DNA from: Amphiscolops sp. MND2022
Lineage: Eukaryota
Reading direction: 5' to 3'
Assembly: GCA_964187785.1 (NCBI GenBank)
Contig: OZ076414.1
Span: 65,472,001-65,536,000, forward strand
DNA: 64,000 nt
In this document: piece after piece, positions 1-11,631 of the stretch
How positions within the stretch are numbered: the stretch's first letter is position 1
How the letters are laid out: the number at the start of each line of letters is the position of its first letter
Notes under the pieces: generated by a model
Told to the model about the DNA's origin: nothing
The model's input: the letters and a program-made list of their open reading frames with translations, nothing else
Databases searched by the model: none
Program-made: the position numbers and the translations under genes

Positions 1-639
1 TTTGAAATTTCTACGACCCATACTGAAGTTAGAAAATGCAAATTTTAGTAAATTTTAATTGAAACTTGAGTTTTTTCGAAAATTGAGTAACTTATAATAA
101 TTTTTTTTGGATTTTTTTTTCATTGGGAAACTTCCTATAATCTCCCGAACCTACTGAATTGTTTTGATCGATGATTTTTTTTGGAATCAGAAAAAATACA
201 CTCTATTTTGTGTCTATGAGCACTGAAGTACATGTATTAAAATAGGCTATAAGAATTGTATTTAGAAAATTGATGAATTTTATTTGAAATCGAAAAAGTT
301 TTCCGATCAAATTATATCGGCATCCTCAGGAGATTTGGGGCAAATGATTGACTGAAAATTTTTCAAAAATTTCAAACAAACATTTTTGTAAACTAGATTA
401 AATTCTAAGAAACTTTCCTAGCTGACACTTTTTCCGTATTTGTGACAGTTTTCAAGAAATTTGGATTTGAAATTTGCAATTTTAAGCATTGCAGTTGCGA
501 TATTTTAGAACGCTACTTTACATACACGATTGTTTTCTTCAATACCGGACAAGTTCTGCCTGTAATATAAATTACCGGAAAGCACGAAGTTTCGGAAATT
601 TCAATTAGCACGGCTTCATCTACTGCTGTTGGAAGACTA

Positions 640-1303
640 CAGTAGTGATATTATTAAAAGCAACAAAAGGCAAATCTCAAAATCGAAAATCTCTGAAACA
701 GCAGAATTTTGAAAAATGATAAAAGTGAAAGTTTCTTGGATTTTTATCTAGTTTACAAATATGTTTGTTTGAAAATTATGCAATGAAAATTGTAGAAGTT
801 ACGATAGGCCGTTTTTAGCCAAATTTAGGCCAAAATTGAGGTTTTTCTCACTTTTGACATACTTTTGCTCAAAATTTTTGAAAAATTTTAAGTTCAATTG
901 GCACACCTGATTTAACTGCGGCCCCTGATATGTTTTGATTAAGAAATCATTCTAAAATCGCAAAGAAAATACTCTGTAAAATTAAGTTTTTTCGAAAATA
1001 CATGTATTAAGATACGATTTTGAAATATAGCCACTTAAAACAAGCTCGTACTAATACAATTCAAAATATTTTCGAGAAAAAATTATATTGTCAGATTCGA
1101 AATGTTTGGGAGAATTTTTCTGTCAAAATTATTTTGAAATCAAAAAATTGTAAGTGGGTCAAAAATTCAAAAAACTAAAAATTGATGTTTTGGAAACCGC
1201 TCTCGACCAATGAAATGAGCGCGTGAGACGTTATTTAGCCAATGAGATTTGTTTATTTGCTCTCTTTCCGCGTGCTTTGTTGCTTTTAATAATATCACTA
1301 CTG
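640..1303. mobile_element. Tc1/mariner-type MITE
   Basis: Perfect 26-bp-plus TIRs CAGTAGTGATATTATTAAAAGCAACA / TGTTGCTTTTAATAATATCACTACTG. TA on both flanks (638-639, 1304-1305). Non-coding interior. Confidence 0.9.
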
Positions 1304-1869
1304 TATTTAGTTTATGTAGCTTAAGGATTTTCAATCGCCGTAATAAAGCAAAACCCGAAACTTTGGAGAAATCGGTTAAGATTGTTTTTAGAATTTAAGC
1401 ATTTTTTATTGCTCTTCATTAAGAATATTTCAGGTAAACTTTACATTTTTGAAAAAAAAGATGAAATACCGCTTACGATACTTTAGTATCTCCGAATACC
1501 TACCGTTACATACAAGAAATTTTGAATGTTATACTTAAGATACCGAGTACCGGAAACTTTTATACACTTTTCAAATCAGTTTCCGTCGATTTCAGAACTT
1601 GATCTTCAAAATGATAATCATTCAGGCAACCCCGGTTGATGAGAAGGGGCTATACGAACCAATAATGATGCACTGGTTGACTCAGTTTAGTCTTCAGTGA
1701 ACTTTGATACCGAACCATAATAAATGAAAGTCCTACACGCTTTGATTCCTTTAAACAGAAGATCGCTATTTTTTGAATTTTCATTTTGATTTCATGCAAG
1801 CACCGAGAAAAACTTTAGGTATAAAGTTAGAAATCTATTTTTTCCAAACGCAGCAATTAATTTCGAGGA

Positions 1870-2106
1870 CTACTCAAAATGGAAGTAGACTCTTTTGTAG
1901 TCTGCCAAGCAATTTTTGACAATCCCTGGGTCTGATTTGTCTTTGGATGCCGACTTCTGAGCCTGTATCACCGAATAGAGAATGTCGCTCAGTTGATCTT
2001 TGGTTGTAGAAACTGGGACGTCGAATGTGTGAGTGCTGATGTTTCCCGTCTCGTCCGTCAACGCGATGAGAAGTCGCGAATCTTCCGTGATACCAAGTCT
2101 CTCCAT
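1870..2106 (-). CDS. Probable first coding exon of a Notchless-like WD40 protein (NLE domain)
   Basis: RLLIALTDETGNISTHTFDVPVSTTKDQLSDILYSVI resembles the Notchless N-terminal NLE domain (RLLVQF.DE.G....FDVPV.IT...L). No WD40 exons found in the window, so the remainder is unplaced. Confidence 0.5.
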   Translation of the reverse strand: MERLGITEDSRLLIALTDETGNISTHTFDVPVSTTKDQLSDILYSVIQAQKSASKDKSDPGIVKNCLADYKRVYFHFE

Positions 2107-2601
2107 CAAGAAGTCACAAATGTCGGTTAATCAAAAACCACAAAAACAAAATCTTCATTCGATCTCTAGCACAAACAAGCTACATAAGGAACAATCTAAA
2201 ACAAAAACGCAGTCGAAAAGATTTATTCTCCATTATTTACACATGGTTTTCCAGAGAAAAAAGTTTATCAACTAAAAGATTCCGAAAATAGCGGTCTATC
2301 AGAAAAAAGTACGGCTTTTAGCAAGCAATGATTAGAGATTCGACTTTTCCCGCAACAACTACGCAAATTGCGGTTTCCAACGGAAGGCGGCTTTTATTCG
2401 AAAGTGGTTTTCATTTTGCATATTCGCTAATTCAAAGAACCCAATCCACAAATCATTTTGATCAAGATTCCGAGTTGAACTGACGGAAACCAAGGAATTG
2501 AAAGTCACATTTGCTTTCTTTTATTATAAATCCATCACTGTTCGAAATTTCAAAAGGGGGACCATCTTTCGCAGGTTAGGGAAATTAAGATTCCAAGTTA
2601 T

Positions 2602-3078
2602 ACAAGCCGGGAACGGCCCAAGTCGGCGCCCCGCTCAAGATTCAAAAAATGAAGTATTTTAAATATGCAAATGGACACTTCTGTTAAAATTGCATCAACT
2701 TTACAGCGCCAAAAATACCCCAGGGATACGCATAAGACTCGAAAACCACTTTTTCCCAAACTGGAGAAAAACTAATTTCAAGACAAAATACAAAAACATT
2801 GAAGTCTCTTTGGAGACAATAAAAAAATTCAAAAAAAGTCTCACAAAGCCGAAAAAAATCAAAAGAGGGGGACCCTTTAGTCTCGTCCGGTTTTGCAAAC
2901 GCAAAAAAAGTTTCTGGCTGAAGCAGGGACTCGAACCCGTGACCGCTGGGTTCCCCCTCAGCCGATTGGTAGAAGTTACAAGTTAGTAAGCAACAGCTTA
3001 TAAAATCTGCCATTTCGTTGTCTTAAAAAAAGAAAAGTCACTACTATAGGCTGCCTTTTCTACGAAAAGGCCGACTAA
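2602..3078 (+). mobile_element. Dispersed non-autonomous repeat, Helentron/DINE-1-like (copy 1)
   Basis: Starts ACAAGCCGGGAACGGCCCAAGTCGGCGCC and ends ..GCCGACTAA, the same ends as the other copies. Subterminal inverted AGTCGGCGC/GCGCCGACT. Confidence 0.6.
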
Positions 3079-3516
3079 CAACCACAAAAATTTCACAAAT
3101 GCTGGACACGAAAAATGGGATTTGGTTATGAAAATCGTCTTCTCAATAGACTTCACTCGCCCAAAAACGATGTAATTATAATTAACACACTGCTTTTAAC
3201 CTTAGAGTATGAAATTACGTGTAGCAAATGAATGGGTAGTCAAAAAGGTTCTTTGCTTGAGTACAAAAAGAGTTAGGTACAAAAAATAAATTACAGTATT
3301 GAATGGCTGCGTAATGAACAAAGAAAATAATACAAAACTAAAACTTTAACGGAATTTATTCGAATTCAATAAATCATTGTAATTTGAAATTTGGAACAAT
3401 TCTAAGGTCAAGCTCTCTTCTCTGCTGCGCCTTCGTCAAATAAACTGATCAACATAATTAACCACTTCATAAGTTAATACATGTAAACGGCACTGATACC
3501 CACAACACAATTATAC

Positions 3517-3878
3517 CAGGGTTGGCACAAATGAAAAAACATTTTGAACACGGCTGAAAAAAACATGTTTAAAACACACAAAAAAAACACATGTTTTTTC
3601 ATTGCCTGTTTTTATCAGTAATTTATTGCTTATTATGCGTTTTATTCAACATTGTTGCTGATGCTTCGTGAAAGTTTCGGCATCACCAAGCAGTGCGTCG
3701 CGATCACGACTTGGAGTGGACAAAGGACGAAAACCGTCATTCTTATATCGTCAATTAATAAATAATTGATGGTTTTGTAAGAAAAGCGAAAAAAAAACAT
3801 TTTTGGGAAAAAACGTGCTTTTTTCAAAAAAACAAATTTGTTTATTTCACGAAAAAAAAAACATTTTGCCCAACCCTG
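3517..3878. mobile_element. hAT-type MITE
   Basis: TIRs CAGGGTTGGCACAAATG / CATTTTGCCCAACCCTG. Perfect 8-bp TSD AATTATAC (3509-3516, 3879-3886). Confidence 0.9.
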
Positions 3879-4899
3879 AATTATACACAAGATGGCGATT
3901 TATCATAGGTTCTTCCTTGAAAAAAACTGAATGAAAACTTTATACAGTGGTGATTCTAGAAAAAGCAACACACGACAAATCTTGAAATCGAATATCTCGA
4001 AAACGGCGATTTTTGAAAAAAAAATTCCAAAAAATTTCTTTCACACACAAAAAAGGTGTGAAGGTTGAGATGACTCAATGTCAAATTATTACGCAACGAC
4101 GTAAAACTAGGAAAATTCAGTTTTAAATGTCAGGAACTAGTTTTCAAAAATCAGGAATTCTCTTTGTCGATCAAGTTTTTGGAAAGAACCGACGGCACTC
4201 ATAAAACGATTGAATCAAACATCTTGCAAACTTGTTTTTCATAGCTTCTGATGAACCCATCAAATAGTTCTGCAAAACTTTTAGCAAATTTTCGGCAGGA
4301 AGTTCATTTTGAATAACCTAAAATTCAATGCCGAAGCTATGAAAAAGATGCCTTGGAGGCAAAGCAATAAAAGGAAAGGTAAGCGTCACAAAACCAATCA
4401 GACAGTTAACTGAGCAAGCAACAATCATTTGTTACATAAGACAAAGAGCTAATACTGCACGTTAAGCCAAGGTTGCATTGGATTTTAAAAATACTTCGGT
4501 GCAAATCTAGCTGTACCTCACAGATTCAGTCAGCTAGAATAAAAATAGCTATCGGCCAAAAACGGCTGCTTTATCGTTTGAAACCTATACTGATTATACA
4601 TGTGGACGACCACTCAGCTAGCCGATTGATCTTTTGGAAAACTATCATCTGTTTTCTAAAACATTATTGGCTGAGAAGGCTCGCTGACATACTCCGATTA
4701 CGTAATCATTACCAGCAATGAGCGCAACTGAAATAGGAATGCATGCAATATCGATCAATGGCACAATCGCCTACCTGAGCGGTCGTCTAATAAAATGCAC
4801 GGTTACCCATGGCTATAGACTAATATCTATGCTAAAAAACAATTGAAAAACGCGCGTGTTCAGACTGAAACTGTGATGCAACCTTCGTGTGATGGATAC

Positions 4900-5364
4900 T
4901 TACATAGCTTTGGCACGACAAATGAGAGCTAATAAGGTGGTAGCCCCGATGATGCCCCCAACGGCTAACTGGGGCCACTTGGGGAATCTTGCCGAAGCCG
5001 CACCACCTTCTGCGGGGGTGGGACTGGGTGAGGCGCTTCTGGAAACAAGGGGGTCTTCCAAAAGGTGATCCTCGGAAGGGGTTCCGGGTGATTGTAAGGT
5101 AAGTGTGTTGTTGTCATCGTCTCGGCCCTCCAGATCGGATCCAGTGCTGGACTGGGTTGTGCATCTGCGGAAGAAGCAAGTTCCCAGACCCCCGACCAGG
5201 GACCTGCCTGGTTCCAGGAATCTATGGTTGCTCATGTCTAGGGAGCGGGATGAGCCCACGGAGAGAGCGGGGGTACCCGCCACTGATTGCTGACCTTCCC
5301 CAGACCAGGTCCTGCCTCGCCCATTGGATGACGGGTTGCGAGGTTTGCACATCAACCACGGTTC
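4900..5364 (-). CDS. Exon 3 of uncharacterised Ser-rich protein with C-terminal hydrophobic segment
   Basis: Acceptor TTTCATTTGCAG, phase 0, matching the donor at 5591. Open frame ends WPQLAVGGIIGATTLLALICRAKAM* (or splices at GTAAGT, 4903). Confidence 0.6.
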   Translation of the reverse strand, partial: EPWLMCKPRNPSSNGRGRTWSGEGQQSVAGTPALSVGSSRSLDMSNHRFLEPGRSLVGGLGTCFFRRCTTQSSTGSDLEGRDDDNNTLTLQSPGTPSEDHLLEDPLVSRSASPSPTPAEGGAASARFPKWPQLAVGGIIGATTLLALICRAKAM

Positions 5365-5591
5365 CTGCAAATGAAACATGTGAACGAAAAACTAGAAACA
5401 CTTCACTGTGTTCGATACTCAAGAGTCGTCAGCCAATCAGAATCGAGCATCACTCGAACCGACAACACGATTCGAGTCGTCAGCCAATATATTTCTTGCA
5501 ACATGATTACCAGCATTTCAAGTTTGTTTCAGTTAACTGAATATCGAATTCTGGCTATTTTGCAGCAAAAATTCAAGCCACAAGCACTTAC

Positions 5592-6028
5592 CCAACCGGA
5601 ATTTTCTTCGATATGACGTCCCATAAACTGATTAATGAAGGAGGAAGTTTTGTTGGCTATGAACAACGTCGTCACTGGTTTCTCTTTACTTCTTTGAACT
5701 GCTGTCTCACCATTTCTCTTAGCACTACATCCACTGCAACTGCTCTGAAGACTAGCAGAGGTCGAAAAGGCGGCGCTGGCATCGGTTCCTGAACAATAGC
5801 CACTGCTTTTGTTACTATTCCCACCATTTTGCTCTTGGTTGCCGCTCCTGCTGCTGCAGCAATCCATCGATGACGCAACACCTGTTGTCGCCAGAGTTTC
5901 ACCGGTAAGTCCATCGCCCCATTCTTCAGACAGAGGGCTGGACACAGTGGAAGAGCAGTTGCTACTACGGACATCGTTGATTTTATCACTGATTGCTGCT
6001 GCTTCAACTGCATCTGAGTGGTGCGGGT
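5592..6028 (-). CDS. Exon 2 of uncharacterised Ser-rich protein
   Basis: Acceptor TTTTCTTTTAG at 6029-6030 and donor GTAAGT at 5586-5591. Open frame, phase-compatible with both neighbouring exons. Confidence 0.65.
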
Positions 6029-6080
6029 CTAAAAGAAAAACCTTTTTCGATAAGAATTACCATTAATGTTTCACCCATGG

Positions 6081-6420
6081 TTTTTAGTATGCGCTTCATG
6101 AAGTGAAACGCGACTATTATAGTGAATCTTTTTTTCAATCCACACGAACTGACCAAAATAGTTCAACAAAGTTGTATGAAATTTTATGGTGTCAAATTGA
6201 ACCATTTGGCTTACCAAACTGAACCAAAAAGATTTTTCCTGTTTTTCCGCGTAACATACAGAACCAGGCGAGACTAAAGGGTCCTCCTTTCAGTTTTTTC
6301 TTTTTCTTCGACATTGTGACTTTTTTGTCTCCCTTCATTTTTTAATATTTGGCGACAGAATGGATGTTGATAAATCCCAAAAGGTCCCCCTTTCAGTTTT
6401 TTTCGGCATTGTGAGACTTT
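6081..6420 (-). mobile_element. Truncated copy of Helentron/DINE-like repeat (copy 2)
   Basis: TTTTTAGTATGCGCTTCATGAAGTGAAACGCGACTATTATAG is the reverse complement of the end of the copy at 47881-47921. Confidence 0.6.
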
Positions 6421-6942
6421 TAAAACTTTCATGGGACCGTTAGTTATACGACACCCTCTTCAACTATTTACGACTCGCCCTCTTTTTAACACGGGCTCCT
6501 TTCGTATTTGTCCCAACATAACCTCGAGAGTACACCGAAAAGTCGAAAAATTGATAAAATTTTGGCAATTTTTTTCAAAGCTTCATTTCTCCACAAATAA
6601 TAGCCGCAGCTCCAATCGGTTTTCTGATCCTGAAAGGGGAGGTTGGGGAGGGATAAGATCTTAAGAATAAGATCCAAAGTCAAAAAAGGAATAGGATCTA
6701 AAAAATTTCAGGTATGGAATAGGATGATCTAAAGGGGGAAAGATCTAAAATTTCAGATATTATTCCGCTTTTTGAAGCTGAGCATGTCAATATTTTCGTT
6801 CTTCCCTTAGATCTTAATTTTTTGATCGTATTCCCCCTCCCCGTTGAGAGTCATCATATTCTATAGTCATGATTACACACATGCAAACACAAAAAGACTT
6901 TCGAATTTTTGCCAAACTTGCAAACACAACCAAATTAGTCAC

Positions 6943-7351
6943 CTTTTAGAACTGAGTCATGGGTCATCAACTGATCGTGCTCCTTTATTGTCATCTTGAC
7001 GACATGGCTCGAAAGAGAACATGACTCGCCGAGGTCAGAGGTTGACTCGGGAGTGCCGTCTGAAGAAAATTCTCTTCTCCCATTGGCTGCTGCCTCGACC
7101 GTTCTCAGTCTTTTCTGATGCTGTTGTTGCATTTTGATGGCGAGCACACTGGAGAAATAAATCAAGGCGATTATGTAAGACTGGATGAATTTGTGCTGCT
7201 TTGTCGTCGTCCTTTGGGTGCCGCCATGCGAAGATGAGGATGAAGAGGCAGAATTGGAAGCGGTGGAGGATTCTTGGTGGTTCTGCATGATACCATTGCC
7301 CATGTTTTCAATAGCCCTTCCAGGGTCCAACAGCATGGCATCGTCTTCCAT
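6943..7351 (-). CDS. Exon 1 of uncharacterised Ser-rich protein
   Basis: ATG at 7351 with an upstream in-frame stop at 7406-7408. Donor AAAG|GTGACT at 6942 (phase 1) joins the 6028 exon in frame (G+AC = Asp). Confidence 0.6.
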
Positions 7352-8124
7352 GTTGCGACTGGCAAATTCCAGGGATGAGTGACATTTCCCAAAAAACCAA
7401 GGTTTTCAGGTTAGTTACGACGAAAAAACTACTCTTAACAAGAAGAATACTTAACACCATAACCAGAGTTCTGACATTTTTTCGTTAATCGCTAAACCGC
7501 TAATTCACAATCGCTACTTCGCTGAAAAACTTCAAATGTTTGAAATATAAACGATAACAATTCAATTTTTGCAAGAAAAAAACTACAATTTTAATACTGT
7601 GTAGGTTTTACAGATGAAGAGTTGGAATTTTTTGAAATTCACTTTGAAAATCGTGTATTTTTCGAAGATTCTTTGAATTTGGACAATGTATTAGTTACCG
7701 CTAATTTGAATCGCTGAAAAAATCTGCGCCGCTGCTAATTTGCTGATTAGAGGTGTGAAAACTGTGATGCAAATTTGAAAACTGTTAAAGACTCATCCCT
7801 GATTTCGTCGAATTCTTTGTCGAACTTGTCCAGAATCTGTTTCAAAATGTGATAAAATTGGTTGGAAAAGAAAGCTGGGATTCGGGGTTTATCGCCGACC
7901 CATTTGTACCCATGTTTCTCCAGGATGTAATTGATACTATACACTACAACAGCCCTAGTGTCCAGATAATACACGTTTTGACATGTCCCAGCCATGTTGT
8001 AAGCTATGATATAATAGCGAGAAATAAATAAAAAATAACAAAGTAACGTGGTTTGTTTCTATTTAAGTGGCATAAGAAAATAAGTTACAACTGACACGGA
8101 AAAGTAATTTAGTGCTACGGTCTA

Positions 8125-8500
8125 GAGTAGTGATATTATTAAAAGCAACATGAGGAAAAGCCCAAAATCGAAAAACTGAAAAACGGCAGTGATTCTTGGA
8201 AAATGGTAAATATAAAAGTTTCTTAGTTTTTATCTCTATGTAGTTTGCAAATATGGTTGTTAGAAAATTAGGAGATGAAAATGATAGAAGTTACGATAGG
8301 CCTTTTTTAGCCGAATTGTTATACTCGAAAAATTTGTTAGAACTATTTTTAAATCAAAAAAGGGTAAGTGGGTCAAAACTAAAAATTAGTTTTGGAAATA
8401 GCTCGCGACCAATGAAATGAGCGCGTGAGACCTTAACCAGCCAATGAGATTTGTTCATTTGCTTCTTTCCGCGTGCAATGTTGCTTTTAAAATAACTACT
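8125..8500. mobile_element. Degenerate, internally deleted copy of the 640-1303 MITE
   Basis: GAGTAGTGATATTATTAAAAGCAACA start and collinear internal similarity (CCAATGAAATGAGCGCGTGAGAC). Decayed right TIR. Confidence 0.75.
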
Positions 8501-8580
8501 TTACTTTTCAAATGTAAGAATCAAAATGTTGTCGGGGTCGAGATCCAAGTGATAAGTCCAGTGTCAATAAAGACTCCGAA

Positions 8581-8700
8581 CTGGATAGTGGATGACGTCA
8601 CTGGATAGTGGATGACGTCACTGGATAGTGGATGACGTCACTGGATAGTGGATGACGTCACTGGATAGTGAATGACGTCACTGGATAGTGAATGACGTCA
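8581..8700. repeat. 20-bp x6 tandem repeat, each unit containing TGACGTCA (CRE)
   Basis: CTGGATAGTG(G/A)ATGACGTCA repeated six times exactly. Confidence 0.95.
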
Positions 8701-9418
8701 CTGCAGTGGCAATGGCGTCAGGGGCCCAGTCACGGGGAGTAATGGCAAGAATCTCTTCATCCCAAAGCCCTGCAGGTTTAAGTATGGAAAGAAGAAATGT
8801 TGGATATTGCTACTATTGCACACGCAGATCAACGCAACTGTAACTTGCAAAAAAACCTGAAAAACAAAATACAGAATGACTTCTAATTCCAACAATAGAC
8901 GCTAGAAGTGTGATCGCTAACTATTTTATCGCTAATGGCTCGATTTCATCGCTATTGCTACAACAAAATGGGTTCGCTAATCGCTAACACTGATTAGATA
9001 AGCTGATTTTCAAGATATTCAATTAAATTTCAGAACTTCACTTTAAAAGTTTTTAAAAAGTTGAATTTTTTCACACCTCTAGTTCGCCGTGGGTTAGGTA
9101 TATTACCGGCCACACTGAATAACCGTTCAACCGAAGCTGTACTGGGTGAGGCAGTAAAAACTTCCTGAATCAAAATTGTCAATGCCAAGCCACAGCTAAT
9201 ATGATTCGCTTAAAACTATTGCTTTAGCTAATTTTGCATTCTTTTCAGCGAATGAAAATAATCGCTAACGCCTCAATTTGTCGCTTATTATCGCTACCGC
9301 TTTTCATGCTGAATTGTCGCTACCGCTGTCATACCTCTGATCAAATAGAAGTAGCGGCATTTAAATTTCAAATTAGAAAACTGAAGAGAGCCACGGCTGT
9401 TTTGCGAATAAATTAATG

Positions 9419-9590
9419 CACTCAACTCCGCCTATAACGATTGCCCGGGAACCGGCGTTTTTTAATCGATATATCCGAATATCGTTACAGGCGTAAATCG
9501 TTATATACTAGCATCGTGGCCGGGACCGTGAAACTATCGCTATAACCGGAATATCGTTATAAATGTAATCGTTATAAGCGGAGTTGAGTG
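9419..9590. mobile_element. TA-target MITE
   Basis: 24-bp TIRs CACTCAACTCCGC(C/T)TATAACGATT. TA on the right flank, TG on the left. Confidence 0.8.
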
Positions 9591-9639
9591 TAGTTGGGAG
9601 ACTGTAGCACCCGGCGCCAACTGTAAGATAAATTCGGAT

Positions 9640-10063
9640 GCGGGACAAAACAGCCGATTTAAAACGAGACAAAACAGCCGATTTTCAAAACGGGACAAAA
9701 CAGCCGATTTTCAAAACGGGACAAAACAGCCGATTTTCAAAACGGAACAAAATGAGTGCTGTTACAGCCGATATGCATGGAACTTGGTTTATTTGAAGAG
9801 GTTCATATTTGTTGTATGGCTGGGTCGCTTCGCTCCCTTCGCCAAGTAGCAACATTGAGGCATGACCATATGGCACGTCGCTCCGCTTCGTTCCGCTCCT
9901 GCATTTAGGGCACTAGGAGTATGTGAACATAGCTGACTACGTTATAATAATTATTTTATTGACTGCTAATCTTAAGCATTGACAAAATCGGCGATTTTTA
10001 TATTTACCAATCGGCGATTTTGTCCCGTTTTGAAAATCGGCTGTTTTGTCCCGTTTAAAATAG
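9640..10063. repeat. Foldback-like element with inverted 26-bp tandem arrays
   Basis: CGGGACAAAACAGCCGATTTTCAAAA x4 at ~9641-9748, with inverted copies at ~10009-10057. Confidence 0.65.
9804..9943 (+). repeat. ~140-bp dispersed repeat (4 copies in window)
   Basis: CATATTTGTTGTATGGCTCGGTCGCTTCGCTCCC...GGGCACTAGG.GTATGTGAACA also at 17392-17528 (-), 19967-20090 and 22306-22446. Confidence 0.85.
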
Positions 10064-10627
10064 GCTGTTTTGTCCCGCTCCCATAAATTCCAATCAAGTT
10101 AAATTGGTTTAAACTGGAATTATAGCAAAAACTATACTTCTATAAAACTGTGATTCCAATTCTTCAAAAACAATATGTCTCTACTTAGAAATAGAGTAAA
10201 AACTCGATTTTACCGAAACACAACTGAAACATAAGAAATGGTTGATATTTGAAATGGGTGAAAATCAATTTGCAAGTTAAAATTTTGAGAAATTCCTCAA
10301 ACTGGCTTCTTGTTCGAAATTTTCAACTGAACTTGTTTTCCGAGTTTGCCCTCCGCATTAAAAAAGTGCAGACAACTTACTTTCAAACTCATTTCGCTCC
10401 ATGAACTAAACGAGAATCTTATATTTTGATGGCTAAAAATGACAGCTTGTAAAGCAGATGCGAAATATGACGATAAAGCAAACATGGAAAGACGAACTTT
10501 AGACCAAATTTTGGCGGATGATTATAAGGGGATATAATATATGTACCAAAAAAGTAAATTATATTTTTTTGCGGTTAAACAAAACGGCAGTAAAATGAGG
10601 AGCGGATAATTGAGGTTTTACTATGTA

Positions 10628-10826
10628 CGGTCGAACTCGGATAAAAGAAACACGGATAAAAGAAACACGGATAAAAGAAACATTCGGATATAAGAAATGT
10701 TTTCACTCCTCCGATTTTATGCAAGTCAAACTTTCTACGTTAATAGGAGCACTGATAAAAGAACCTATGGATAAAAGAAACGCTTTTCTCACCGCCCAAT
10801 GAGTTTCTTTTATCCGAGTTTGACTA
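10628..10826. mobile_element. TA-target MITE
   Basis: TIRs C(G)GTCGAACTCGGATAAAAGAAAC / GTTTCTTTTATCCGAGTTTGACT(A). TA flanks and internal GGATAAAAGAAA repeats. Confidence 0.75.
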
Positions 10827-10828
10827 TA

Positions 10829-11001
10829 CAGTGGATCCCGGATATAATCAACGTCAGGGGAACGCTATTGGTGTTTCTTATAATCGAACTTTCTTATATC
10901 CGGGTTTTAAAAGCAATGAAATTGCCAGTCGGGGCCAAGATACGCATTGACTATAAGCGGGTATTTCTTATAAGCGAGTTTCTTATATCCGGGATCCACT
11001 G
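10829..11001. mobile_element. TA-target MITE
   Basis: Perfect 18-bp TIRs CAGTGGATCCCGGATATA / TATATCCGGGATCCACTG. TA on both flanks. Confidence 0.85.
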
Positions 11002-11369
11002 TATTTATATTCTCTGAGATTTTGAAGCAATTCAACGGCTACAACTAAATTCCAATTAAGAGCTATATCGCTGCGTTTAAAAATGCGTTTAAACAACGAC
11101 AGCTTTTAGCGGAGCACACATCTATTGGAGTGAAACGTTCTCAGGTGAAACGTAACGGAACCGTACGCAAGTTGATGTGGATAAAAAGGATGAACTTTTA
11201 GATATCTTGAGACCTAATGAATTAAGATAATCAATAATATCAAAAAGCTAAAACCAAACATCCAATGCATACTTAAGAATTTTAATATGAAATGAACTTC
11301 TTAAGGCTTTCCGAAGCTCAGGTGGAAAAGCTCAGCTCGAAACAACGGATAGTTTCGGAGACAACGTCA

Positions 11370-11631
11370 AAAGTTCGGATATAGCGCTTTACTCCGGGTA
11401 TTACGAGGGGGAACTTCAAAGAAATCGAAGAGGGAGAGAAAATCAAAAAAGTCGCCCAATGCCGAAAAAAATTAAAAGGGGGGCCTATAGTCTTGTCCGA
11501 TTTTGTATATTACTTTAAAAATGGAATAAACGAGAGGGGGACTTTTGCACTAACTTAGATGCGTTTCTGCTTGCCGGTTCAGTAGTTTAGTAGTTCTGTA
11601 AAAAGTGTCCACTAAAATGCGCCGACAAAAA
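11370..11631 (+). mobile_element. Diverged copy of Helentron/DINE-like repeat (copy 3)
   Basis: Core AAAGTCGCCCAATGCCGAAAAAA..AAAAGGGGGG and end GCGCCGACAAAAA. Confidence 0.5.

Noticed and set aside
2926-2938. tRNA gene
   Set aside because: Only a T-arm/B-box is present. There is no D-arm or acceptor stem, and it is embedded in a dispersed repeat.
1870-4904. Splicing of the Ser-rich gene onto the NLE-domain exon
   Set aside because: No convincing acceptor before 2106, and NLE domains are N-terminal.
8581-8700. 20-bp array as CRISPR or coding repeat
   Set aside because: No spacers, and the period is not a multiple of three.
7748-9081. Inverted TAGAGGTGTGAAAA pair as a hAT element
   Set aside because: The flanking 8-mers (TTGCTGAT vs GTTCGCCG) do not match, so the boundaries are unsupported.
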